Below the pieces are notes generated by a model that ran no database searches, was not told where the DNA came from, and was given only the letters and a program-made list of their open reading frames with translations. Source: Bdellovibrionota bacterium (GTDB lineage: Bacteria; Bdellovibrionota_C; UBA2361; OMIW01). From it: 16,599 bases of DNA. A program made the translations under genes and the position numbers. Positions 1-8,080 of the stretch are shown piece after piece. The number at the start of each line of letters is the position of its first letter. Position 1 is the first letter of the stretch. The stretch covers positions 1 through 16,599 of the forward strand of contig JBIJBT010000062.1 in NCBI GenBank assembly GCA_044345055.1, given 5' to 3'.

Positions 1-35
1 AAAAAGCATGAAACGCAGTGGTGATTTGGGTGGCT

Positions 36-160
36 CGACTCGCTCAACGCTCGTCGGCAGTTTTTTGCTGAATAGTTAGTTGTTTCCCCCCGGCGGGCTT
101 TCGCCCGCCACCCCTAAGGGGTTGTGGGAGGTTATTGGGAATTATAGAGTTGAATAGTTA
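36..160. repeat. Cluster of small palindromes (REP-like), partly bracketed by a 10-bp direct repeat
   Basis: Perfect hairpin GGCGGGC-TTTC-GCCCGCC (92-109); ACCCC-TAA-GGGGT (110-122); CGAC-TC-GC-TCAAC-GC-TC-GTCG (36-56). TGAATAGTTA occurs at 69-78 and 151-160. Confidence 0.5.
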
Positions 161-168
161 CTTTTTTT

Positions 169-894
169 CTAAGAATCTGCGGAGACAGTTGGTTCGCCAG
201 CTGGTGCATATAAAATCCGACTGCACCCAGCGCACCTCGTGATAGCGCCGCGGCGCACTGATAAAATCGCCTGAGGGCCCACGTTCATCCGGCAGCCGCT
301 ACACACACCACCCTCAATCTCAGAGACTGGGTCGCCTGGATATTTTCGAACAACTTTTTCATATTCACGACGAGCCTCTTCGGGAAGAGTGTTAAAAACT
401 GCCGCGCGATCTCGATCCACAATAGCTATCTCGGCATCGATTGAAGCGATCGTCTCGCGGCCGACTGCTGCCAAACCCTCGAGTATTTTTTTTGCCGCAG
501 AAAAAGCCTCCTCAGAGGCACGCCGAGCTTGGGCAGATACCTCGAGGTCCTCCATTCCTTTCAAAAGCCCCTCTTCGCGGAGTCGCAGCTCTCTAGCAGA
601 ACCCTCGATCTCCCGTTCTGCGCTCTGGGCGACTTTGTAGTTGGTGAACGACGAAAGCGCCTTTCGACGATCCACAAGTCTCTTAGACTCTTCTGCGACC
701 GCGTGCTCCTCAGCTCGGATCTTGCGCTCGAGCTCTTCGTGCGCTGCGATGGTTCGCCGCATGACACGCTCTAATTCCCGGGCTTCGGTGACTTTCTCAT
801 TAAACTCTCGCTCGATCCGCGTGCGCCGAGCCCGTAGCGTCGCAAGTACGCTGTCTTTTCGGTTAAGATTCAAAAAAATTTCTAAAACGTTCAT
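169..894 (-). CDS. DUF164 / CT398-like coiled-coil protein with C-terminal C4-type zinc ribbon
   Basis: 241 aa; long E/R/A-rich coiled coil followed by GVCSGCRMNV...ITRCAGCSRILY (CxxC...CxxC), the typical end of this family. Confidence 0.9.
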   Translation of the reverse strand: MNVLEIFLNLNRKDSVLATLRARRTRIEREFNEKVTEARELERVMRRTIAAHEELERKIRAEEHAVAEESKRLVDRRKALSSFTNYKVAQSAEREIEGSARELRLREEGLLKGMEDLEVSAQARRASEEAFSAAKKILEGLAAVGRETIASIDAEIAIVDRDRAAVFNTLPEEARREYEKVVRKYPGDPVSEIEGGVCSGCRMNVGPQAILSVRRGAITRCAGCSRILYAPAGEPTVSADS

Positions 895-1079
895 GATGTT
901 TCCTTTCAGTCCTTCGAGAAAAATTGTTCATCACTGAGCGATTTCGGGCAAGTGGGTGATGAGGAGTTTTCTGCATTTGACGGCAGTAGTTGGTGCGATT
1001 TTTCATGATTCGGTGTACCATTGCGGGCGCCGTTCGCAGAGCGATTTTTTTTATTACATTCTTTAGCAAGAGACTTTTT

Positions 1080-2192
1080 ATGGGATTTACCTGTGGTATC
1101 GTTGGCCTTCCGAACGTCGGCAAATCGACGATTTTTAACGCACTCACCTCGGCGAAGGCCGCTGCGGCAAATTTTCCGTTCTGTACGATTGAACCAAATA
1201 CTGGTGCAGTTCCTGTTCCTGATCCACGTTTGACGGATTTAGCTGAGCTTGCCAAATCAGAAAAAGTCATCCCAACACAGGTGACATTTGTCGATATTGC
1301 GGGGCTTATCAAGGGAGCATCTCAGGGCGAGGGGCTCGGTAACCAATTTTTAGGGCATATTCGGTCGGTCGATGCCATCGCTCATGTCGTGCGGTGTTTC
1401 CACGATGAAAATGTTGTTCATGTCGATGGAGAGGTTTCGCCTGCTCGAGATATTGATACGATTGAAACTGAATTGATCATTGCGGACCATGATTCGGTCG
1501 GAAAGGCGATTTCAAAATTGGAGAAGGTTGCAAAGTCAGGAGATAAAGAAGCGCGTGCTCGGCTCGATCTTCTCCAGATACTGAGCGATCATCTCTCATG
1601 TGGCAAACCTGCTCGTACAGCGCAGCTCGAGGGTGAGCCGGAGCGAATTGCCTCGGTTTTGGGTGGTTTGATAACTGCAAAGCCGGTGCTATATGTCGCT
1701 AATTGCGATGAATCTGAGGTTGATCACCAGCCAACGCCCGGAGGTAGCCACCTAATCGATCAGGTAGCCACGATCGCTAAAGCTCAGGGAGCTCCGATTG
1801 TTGTTATATCGGGCAAAGTTGAGTCCGAGGTCGCCGAGCTTCCTCTTGAGGAACGAGCCGAGTATCTTGAGGCGCTTGGCCTTAGCGGCTCGGGGCTCGA
1901 TAGGCTTGCAATCGCCGGTTACCAGCTTTTAGGCCTGATTACATTTTTTACCGCAGGTCCAAAAGAAGCACGAGCCTGGACCGCTCCTCAGGGTTGGAAA
2001 GCTCCTCAATGTGCAGGCCGTATTCATTCCGATTTTGAGCGAGGTTTTATTCGAGCAGAGGTTATTGGTTACGCCGATTACACCCAATGCGGCTCTGAGC
2101 TTCGCGCGAAGGAGGCCGGTAAGTTGCGTGTTGAGGGGAAGGAATATGTAATGCAGGACGGTGATATCGTGCATTTTCGGTTTAATGTGTAG
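1080..2192 (+). CDS. ychF: Redox-regulated ATPase YchF (Obg-like)
   Basis: MGFTCGIVGLPNVGKSTIFNALT, ANFPFCTIEPN, DIAGLIKGASQGEGLGNQFL, IHSDFERGFIRAEV, EGKEYVMQDGDIVHFRFNV. Start moved from 990 to the ATG at 1080, which gives the canonical N-terminus. Confidence 0.98.
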   Translation: MGFTCGIVGLPNVGKSTIFNALTSAKAAAANFPFCTIEPNTGAVPVPDPRLTDLAELAKSEKVIPTQVTFVDIAGLIKGASQGEGLGNQFLGHIRSVDAIAHVVRCFHDENVVHVDGEVSPARDIDTIETELIIADHDSVGKAISKLEKVAKSGDKEARARLDLLQILSDHLSCGKPARTAQLEGEPERIASVLGGLITAKPVLYVANCDESEVDHQPTPGGSHLIDQVATIAKAQGAPIVVISGKVESEVAELPLEERAEYLEALGLSGSGLDRLAIAGYQLLGLITFFTAGPKEARAWTAPQGWKAPQCAGRIHSDFERGFIRAEVIGYADYTQCGSELRAKEAGKLRVEGKEYVMQDGDIVHFRFNV

Positions 2193-2246
2193 AGAGAAAA
2201 ACTTTAGAAAATAGGGTCGAAGAAGTTTGATAAAAAAAGGTGGATC

Positions 2247-2284
2247 AAAAAAAACGGTGCAGCCTCCATTGGAGGTCTGCACCG
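2247..2284 (-). terminator. Intrinsic terminator for the PIN-PhoH gene
   Basis: CGGTGCAG-CCTCC-ATT-GGAGG-T-CTGCACCG (2255-2284; 13-bp stem with one bulge) next to A8 at 2247-2254, which reads U8 after the hairpin on the minus strand. It lies between two convergent genes. Confidence 0.85.
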
Positions 2285-2368
2285 ATTTGGAAACCAGCGA
2301 GTGAGAACCTTTTTGGGTCCACTCGCCGACTTTCCGGTTGCTCGGGTCGCTAACCGAGCGGAGTGGGC

Positions 2369-3697
2369 TCAGAGCAAATCAGCAGCCCGACCTGCGAGTT
2401 CGGACCGGTAACAGATCGGCAGCACGATGTGCGCTGCAACGGGTTCCGGCATGAACCGCTTGGCCACATGAAGTAGGCCAGTGGCCCCGTGGTGGTGCTC
2501 CAAATCGCATTGGCTGGGATCGCCAATGAGAATGATCTTAGAGCCCTCGCCCATCCGAGTGAGGAGGGTCTTTGCCTCGTCACGAGTGAGGTTTTGAGCT
2601 TCATCGACTATATAGAAGGTTCGTCGATGAGATGCGCCTCTTTCGTATTCGATAGAGACGAACTCTAGCCAATCAGGCAGTCCGTCTTTCTGGACGGCCC
2701 GAGATTTGCCAGAACCATGCCAGTCGGCCAGACGGCCAGGGCTTAGTTCTTCCAACACCCGAAGGTTGTCCCGGATTCCCTGTTGCCAGGGCTGGACCTT
2801 TTTCTTGGGTCCTCCCGGAAGGAAACCCGATTCCCTTCCCGCGGGAACAAGTGGCCGGGTGATGAGGACATCGTAGTTCCCATTTTCTGCGAACCACTTC
2901 GCGGCGAGCAGTGCAAGAAGTGTCTTACCACTTCCTGCCTTGCCCTCTATTGTCACCAGAGGGATCTCCGGTGACAGTAGAGCATGCAGAGCACAGCTCT
3001 GATGTTCGTCCTTCGGGCTTATGCCCGAAAAGCCATTGTAGGCTTCCCGACGCAACGGCAGGATCCGCTTCCCATTGGCATCAACGATGCCGAAAGAAGA
3101 GGTGCCGCCGCAGCGTGTGCTTACCCTCACCAGTTGGTTTGGGTAAACCAAGGCCTTCTGGGGGACAATAATGGACCCCCCTTCGCTGAGCGTCTTCACC
3201 GATTTGGTGGAGTGCTCAATCTGAGCTATCCCACGAGGCTGCTCTGGTGGCGGTTCGAGCTCCTCTGTCTGGAGCTCGAAAGTTCGAGCGGTGAACCGAA
3301 CCCACAGGTCGCCTGAGACGAGCACCGTAGGTCCGTCGCTGGCTAGTGCGGTCGCGATGATTCTCGCATCGCACCTTTGCTCTCGATTTGGGTCGAGTTG
3401 AAAGGTAAAGCGCCGAGCAAACTGCTCGTCAACCGACACTACGCGGGCGATAAACCCGGATTTCAGCCCAACTTCGAGCTTGAGGTCCCCGTTTGGAGTA
3501 GCGCCGAAAATACTTTTCAATTCTCGGCGGGCTGCTCTGGCGGCTGCTCCGACAGTTGGATTACTTTTGAGGTGATCCAGTTCGGATAGCACCTCAAAGG
3601 GAATTACTACGTTTCCCCTCAATCCGAATAGCTCGATAGCATCCCGGCGATCGATCAGAACATTCGTGTCAAGCACGAATGAAGTTGCGAGTGCCAT
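2369..3697 (-). CDS. phoH: PIN-PhoH fusion protein (PhoH2/YlaK type; PIN RNase plus PhoH ATPase)
   Basis: PIN motifs FVLDTNVLI, EVLSELDHLK, DARII, LVSGD; Walker A GKAGSGKT; GFLPG; Walker B IVDEAQNLT; TRMGEGSKIILIGDPSQCD; C-terminal RSELAGRAADLL. Confidence 0.93.
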   Translation of the reverse strand: MALATSFVLDTNVLIDRRDAIELFGLRGNVVIPFEVLSELDHLKSNPTVGAAARAARRELKSIFGATPNGDLKLEVGLKSGFIARVVSVDEQFARRFTFQLDPNREQRCDARIIATALASDGPTVLVSGDLWVRFTARTFELQTEELEPPPEQPRGIAQIEHSTKSVKTLSEGGSIIVPQKALVYPNQLVRVSTRCGGTSSFGIVDANGKRILPLRREAYNGFSGISPKDEHQSCALHALLSPEIPLVTIEGKAGSGKTLLALLAAKWFAENGNYDVLITRPLVPAGRESGFLPGGPKKKVQPWQQGIRDNLRVLEELSPGRLADWHGSGKSRAVQKDGLPDWLEFVSIEYERGASHRRTFYIVDEAQNLTRDEAKTLLTRMGEGSKIILIGDPSQCDLEHHHGATGLLHVAKRFMPEPVAAHIVLPICYRSELAGRAADLL

Positions 3698-3947
3698 TTA
3701 AAACCTTTGCAAAATGCCGGTCCTACCTATCAGTTTCGCCGCCACTCTGTCAAAGCTCTCTTCCCGTCGAGCCACCCTTTTCCCCTGAAAGACCCTCGCC
3801 CGATGACTCTCTAGCTTTGTTTGTGTTACTCTACTGATAGCGCCTAAAAACCTCAATTTTCGCCCGAAATAACCTAAATCTCTCTCGCCTCCATATCCTT
3901 GAATTACAACCTGACCTTTAATTCTTCCCCCTCAAAAAATATTTTCC

Positions 3948-4325
3948 ATGAACCGAACTGCCGCACTAAAAATCTCAAACGGACTCCTATACCTGGTCAG
4001 CACCTGCCTATTTTCAAGTGGTCTTGTTCTTGAGTATCGACTCGAAGGAAAAGGGCTGCGGGGGGCGGCGTTGCTTGGGATGACAAAGGGCAGTTGGACC
4101 GATCTCCATTTTATTCTCGGTATCTCAACGGCGGTGTTAGTGCTGGTGCACCTTGCGCTTAATTGGGGGTGGATTGTGAAGGTGGCTTCAGGTGGGAAGC
4201 GTTCGCGGGTTATTGGAACAGCAGCGTTTGCGGTCTTCGCGTTAGCAACGGTCCTGTTTGCTCCAATTACCTTTCCGAATAATCCCCAACCACCCGCAGG
4301 ACAGGGTCCGTGGCAGCCATGGTAA
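3948..4325 (+). CDS. DUF4405 domain membrane protein
   Basis: Three hydrophobic segments; SSGLVL...LLGMTKGSWTDLHFILG...LVHLALNWGWI, with the two conserved His of DUF4405. Confidence 0.8.
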   Translation: MNRTAALKISNGLLYLVSTCLFSSGLVLEYRLEGKGLRGAALLGMTKGSWTDLHFILGISTAVLVLVHLALNWGWIVKVASGGKRSRVIGTAAFAVFALATVLFAPITFPNNPQPPAGQGPWQPW

Positions 4326-5211
4326 GCTCTGCCGCGGGTGCGGCGATGGTTGATTCGATGTTGGTCGATTCGAATTTATCAACGCGTTGATTTACGAAAC
4401 AGGCAGAGAGCTGTTGCACCGTTGCGAGTAAGCTTTTGTTGCGGTCCTGTTCGCAGACGAGCTGTTCTTTAAGAAGAGAAAGCTCTCGGAGTAACCCATC
4501 CCGTTCAACCTCCATAGTGGTCACTGAACGGCTGAGCTCCTCTGAGCGGGACCGTTGAGCTATTAGTTCAAGCTCCTTTTTTTGAAGATTTTCATCAAGT
4601 CTTGCTACTGATTCTGAATGAGCATTTGTGGATTGATCGAGAGTTGCGGTAAGAACCGCTATTTTTTGATTTCGATCGTCAAGCTGTTGCTGCAGAGTGG
4701 TAAGAAGGTTGTTTGTGCGACTCTGCTCCTCGGCGAGCTGATCGCGAGCGGTTTCAGCAGCGACACAGGCTCGATCGATGGCAGCGCACTTTTCTTGCAC
4801 TCTTTTTAGCTCGGCCGAATCATCGAGCCGCCGCCTCTCTGTTTCCTCAAGCGTTACCTGAAGAGCATCAACCATGCGGGCTGCCGCTTCAAGATCCTGC
4901 ACCGTGCTCTGTTGTTGTCGCTCGAGCTCTTCGCGCATCGCTGCGCTCTGACGGGCATTTAGCGATTGGGCAACCCGCCAGGCATCGCGAGCAAAGCCAC
5001 GTGCGGTGGTAAGGAGCGGCTCGGGGATCTCTCCATCACCCGATGCATGGAGATTCTCCCCCCGAGAATCTCTCCACTGTCGAAGATATTTTTGAATCGT
5101 AGAGAAAGAACCGCTCCCGAGATGCATCCGAACCTGCAGGTAGGTTGGTTCAGTTCCCGAGGTGCATAACGAATCGGCTGTCTCAAAAACCTGTTCTTTT
5201 GTGATTGCCAT
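4267..5211 (-). CDS. KfrA_N domain DNA-binding coiled-coil protein (KfrA/TnpT-like)
   Basis: N-terminus ITKEQVFETADSL...GTEPTYLQVRMHLGSGSFSTIQKYLRQWR fits KfrA_N; the rest is mostly a long coiled coil. Confidence 0.88.
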   Translation of the reverse strand: MAITKEQVFETADSLCTSGTEPTYLQVRMHLGSGSFSTIQKYLRQWRDSRGENLHASGDGEIPEPLLTTARGFARDAWRVAQSLNARQSAAMREELERQQQSTVQDLEAAARMVDALQVTLEETERRRLDDSAELKRVQEKCAAIDRACVAAETARDQLAEEQSRTNNLLTTLQQQLDDRNQKIAVLTATLDQSTNAHSESVARLDENLQKKELELIAQRSRSEELSRSVTTMEVERDGLLRELSLLKEQLVCEQDRNKSLLATVQQLSACFVNQRVDKFESTNIESTIAAPAAELTMAATDPVLRVVGDYSER

Positions 5212-5448
5212 ACTGATTTACCTTTTCCAGTCGGGATCACCCGAGTACGCGTGCTCTCTTGCGATTACCTTACCGTAAGAGGGTGACTGCTGAAAAGCGG
5301 CAGATGAAATGGAAGGGGAGTATCGATGGTTCGAAGGTGCTGGTCGAAGCATCTTAAAAGATAGCCAGAACGCATTCGGATCTAAAGATCCAGCAAAGCA
5401 TCTATATATAGTCTAATAAATTGTCATTAAAACTACCTATTCACCGCT

Positions 5449-6468
5449 ATGAGCGATATTTCACTCCTTGCCGTTATTCCCAACTCAGCAATCGCCACAG
5501 AGCTGCAACGGTATCTAACATCTTACGAACCCCGGTTTAATGTGCGAATCGCCTCATCTCCTGCAGAGGCTCTCGCGGCGATTCAGGAGCGACACTTTGA
5601 TATAGTTTGGTATCAGTACGAGAAAAAAGGATTGGGGCTTGCTGAGGTTGCGATGATGGTTGCGCCCCGAGATGTTATCGCGTTCGTAAGAAATAGCGAG
5701 GGGGCAGTTGCCAGTATCGATGAGGGGGCTGCGGCGGTTGCACACTTCGACACTGATAGTCCGCCGTGGCCGATCTGCGTTCGGCTGAGTGAGGTATCAA
5801 TCGGGCGACAGGCGCAGTTGCGAGCCCTTCAGCTAACCGAACAGCGGTTTGAGGCTGCTATTCGGGGCGCAAATCTTGGGTTGTGGCATTGGTCGGTAGC
5901 GCACCGTCAGATGGTTTTAGACGAGCGGTGGCGACGTCTTCTTGGCTATGCCTACGGCGATGAAATCAAGACCGATGATACCCCATGGATTTCACTTGTT
6001 CCTGCGGAATTTTCCGATCGGACGCGGGATTTAATCCATCGGTGTTTAACCGGAGCGTCTGAATTTTTCTCTCTTGAAGCACCCGTTGTTGGACCGAATG
6101 GCGATGAAAGGTGGGTTTTGATCTCGGGTGGTGTATCCCATCGTACAAAGCGAGGAGAACCGATACAGATGTCAGGCGTTCTCTTTGACCTCCAGCAGCG
6201 ACGAGGGCATAACCCCGATTCTGCTCAACCCAATTCTACAGCGTCCCGTCAGGGAGTAGCTCCGGTTGGCTCAATCGAGCAGCTCCTCAAAGAGGCTCGG
6301 ACTCAATTGAGCACGATTCTTGGGTGGGGGGATATGCTTCTTCGTGAAGAACCGGTTGATCCGATTCGTCGTGAAGCAGCACAAGCTATTCTCGGCTCAG
6401 CTCGGGGTCTTCTTAAAACTATTCAGTCGGCGAGCAATGCTCCCGCAGTAAGAATTCCGTTTGATTAA
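5449..6468 (+). CDS. PAS-domain protein with degenerate N-terminal receiver and degenerate C-terminal HisKA helices; no HATPase domain
   Basis: Receiver-like ASSPAEALAAIQERHFDIVW; PAS_3-like EQRFEAAIRGANLGLWHW...WRRLLGY...GDERWVLISG...GEPIQMSGVLFD; HisKA-like KEARTQLSTILGWGDML...SARGLLKTI. Confidence 0.78.
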   Translation: MSDISLLAVIPNSAIATELQRYLTSYEPRFNVRIASSPAEALAAIQERHFDIVWYQYEKKGLGLAEVAMMVAPRDVIAFVRNSEGAVASIDEGAAAVAHFDTDSPPWPICVRLSEVSIGRQAQLRALQLTEQRFEAAIRGANLGLWHWSVAHRQMVLDERWRRLLGYAYGDEIKTDDTPWISLVPAEFSDRTRDLIHRCLTGASEFFSLEAPVVGPNGDERWVLISGGVSHRTKRGEPIQMSGVLFDLQQRRGHNPDSAQPNSTASRQGVAPVGSIEQLLKEARTQLSTILGWGDMLLREEPVDPIRREAAQAILGSARGLLKTIQSASNAPAVRIPFD

Positions 6469-6558
6469 GCGTTACGGCACATCGGAGGCAAAATCGGAAT
6501 AACGCAGAGACGTCTTGTGTTCTGCCGTCCACCGGTTTCTCTTCAGTAATGACCCATT

Positions 6559-7818
6559 ATGCAACAGCGGTTTTTAGAGCGGTTACCAACTGATCAAATG
6601 TTTGGCAAGAAAGGGGAACTTCATGAGATAGTTCAGGCGATTTCTGAAAAGGTCGCGGCGTTACCGCCTCTTGCAATTGATGCGCCGCCTCCTCACGCAC
6701 TCATATATGGAGGAGGGGTTCGCGATATTCTTTTGGGGGAGCCCTTAAGAGATGCTGACATGCAGGTGTACGGGGTAGTACCCGAGAAACTCGAACAGCT
6801 TCTTCATGATCTGTATCCGGGAACCGTAGAGCGAGCGGGTAAGGAATATGAGATATTAAAAGCTCGAATTAGCAAACGGGTTTCGCTCGATATTTCGATT
6901 CCTCGAAGGAAAACGGGAGGTGTTAGCCGTTTGGAGGATGGCGAGCCCGATATGTTTCCGATTGACGCTGCGCGATACCGAGATTTTACGATCAATAGCA
7001 TGGCGCTCGATCCTCTCACTGGTGTTGTGTACGACCCATTCGGGGGGCGTTCCGATCTTGCTGCTCGGCGATTACGGATTGTCGATAAAGAGACATTTCA
7101 GATGAGGGGTGTTCATCTATTCCGAGCCGCTCAGTTTGTGGCGCGGTTCGGTCTGAAGATCGATGACCACGATTGGCGTTTTATGTTCGATATGGCAAAG
7201 AGCCCCGTTATGGATCAGGTTCCTGCCAATGCAATTCGAGAAGAGCTTCGCAAATTGCTGCTGATTGCCCGTAAGCCGAGCGATGGATTATCGATCCTTC
7301 ATCGCCTTGGGCTTTTGCGGCGATTTCTTCCCCACCGTATCGCAAATCAACCATCGGCGCAGATAGGGAAGTGGATGAGTTTATCTGATCGAGGGATCCA
7401 GCTCGGCCGCTCCGCACGTCTCTACCCAGAGCACATCATGATAGCGCAGCTCGCGCTCCTGCTCAGTCCGTTACTGCAACTCAAAGAGGAAGAGGCACGT
7501 CTTACAGCGATTCAGGACACACTAACAAATATCTGTTTCTCCGAATTTCAGCAGTCATCGGTCGCAGAGATTTTTACCCTCTTTTTAGCTCTCGAGCCAC
7601 TTCTGCAGGACCAACCACACCGCCGCGTAGGGCGAGCGCGCCCGCAGCGTGGAATGAGGCGAAATATTGGCGATGAGAGCGAAATTGCAGAGCGCATACC
7701 CAAACCGCTTTTTGCGCCCATCCCCGCAACGGTGCTAACCACCGCAGTGCTGAGTGGTCATTCGTTTTCAGAGATCGCCGCTATCGCGGAGCGAGCTTTA
7801 TCGGCTCCTGATCAATAA
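6559..7818 (+). CDS. Class II tRNA nucleotidyltransferase/poly(A) polymerase family protein (divergent CCA-like)
   Basis: GGGVRDILLG..RDAD, DISIPRR, RDFTINSMALDP, YDPFGGRSDL, FRAAQFVARF, IREELRKLL. No recognisable HD domain. Confidence 0.9.
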   Translation: MQQRFLERLPTDQMFGKKGELHEIVQAISEKVAALPPLAIDAPPPHALIYGGGVRDILLGEPLRDADMQVYGVVPEKLEQLLHDLYPGTVERAGKEYEILKARISKRVSLDISIPRRKTGGVSRLEDGEPDMFPIDAARYRDFTINSMALDPLTGVVYDPFGGRSDLAARRLRIVDKETFQMRGVHLFRAAQFVARFGLKIDDHDWRFMFDMAKSPVMDQVPANAIREELRKLLLIARKPSDGLSILHRLGLLRRFLPHRIANQPSAQIGKWMSLSDRGIQLGRSARLYPEHIMIAQLALLLSPLLQLKEEEARLTAIQDTLTNICFSEFQQSSVAEIFTLFLALEPLLQDQPHRRVGRARPQRGMRRNIGDESEIAERIPKPLFAPIPATVLTTAVLSGHSFSEIAAIAERALSAPDQ

Positions 7819-7971
7819 CCTTCGATTGGCGAGAAAAATTACCTTTCCAATCAGAAACTTTTAACTCCTTTTCTCGATAATTGTCTTTGCCACCGTTTAG
7901 CGAACTGGGTCGAGAAGATTACCCATAATTTCCTGATATTAATGTTGCTGGGGGATGACTCCAGTAACTCT

Positions 7972-8005
7972 TTGCGTAATAACTGCGAGGGTACTATGAT
8001 ATAAT
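7972..8005 (+). promoter_or_regulatory. Sigma70-type promoter upstream of the 8081 ORF
   Basis: TTGCGT (7972-7977), 17-nt spacer, TATGAT (7995-8000), overlapped by a perfect extended -10 TGaTATAAT (7997-8005). Confidence 0.6.
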
Positions 8006-8080
8006 TAAGGTTTGCTCGTTTGATTTTCGGTTTCTCGAAAAGAAATACCGGCTCCGCCAAACACTCTGCACCATTCCATC

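Noticed and set aside
1..168. RNase P RNA (rnpB), which often follows DUF164 genes
   Set aside because: No GAGGAAAGTCC signature on either strand here.
990..1079. 30-aa N-terminal extension of YchF in the ORF track
   Set aside because: The canonical YchF N-terminus starts at ATG 1080; the extension lies in AT-rich divergent promoter DNA.
863..1312. 149-aa minus-strand ORF and similar antisense ORFs (e.g. 641-937, 2984-3316, 9682-10005, 10848-11165, 15174-15611, 15927-16265)
   Set aside because: They are shadows of well-supported genes on the other strand, with no motifs of their own.
3724..3753. Sigma70 promoter for phoH (perfect TTGACA on the minus strand at 3753-3748)
   Set aside because: No acceptable -10 at 16-18 nt spacing (ATAGGT/TAGGTA); too weak to call.
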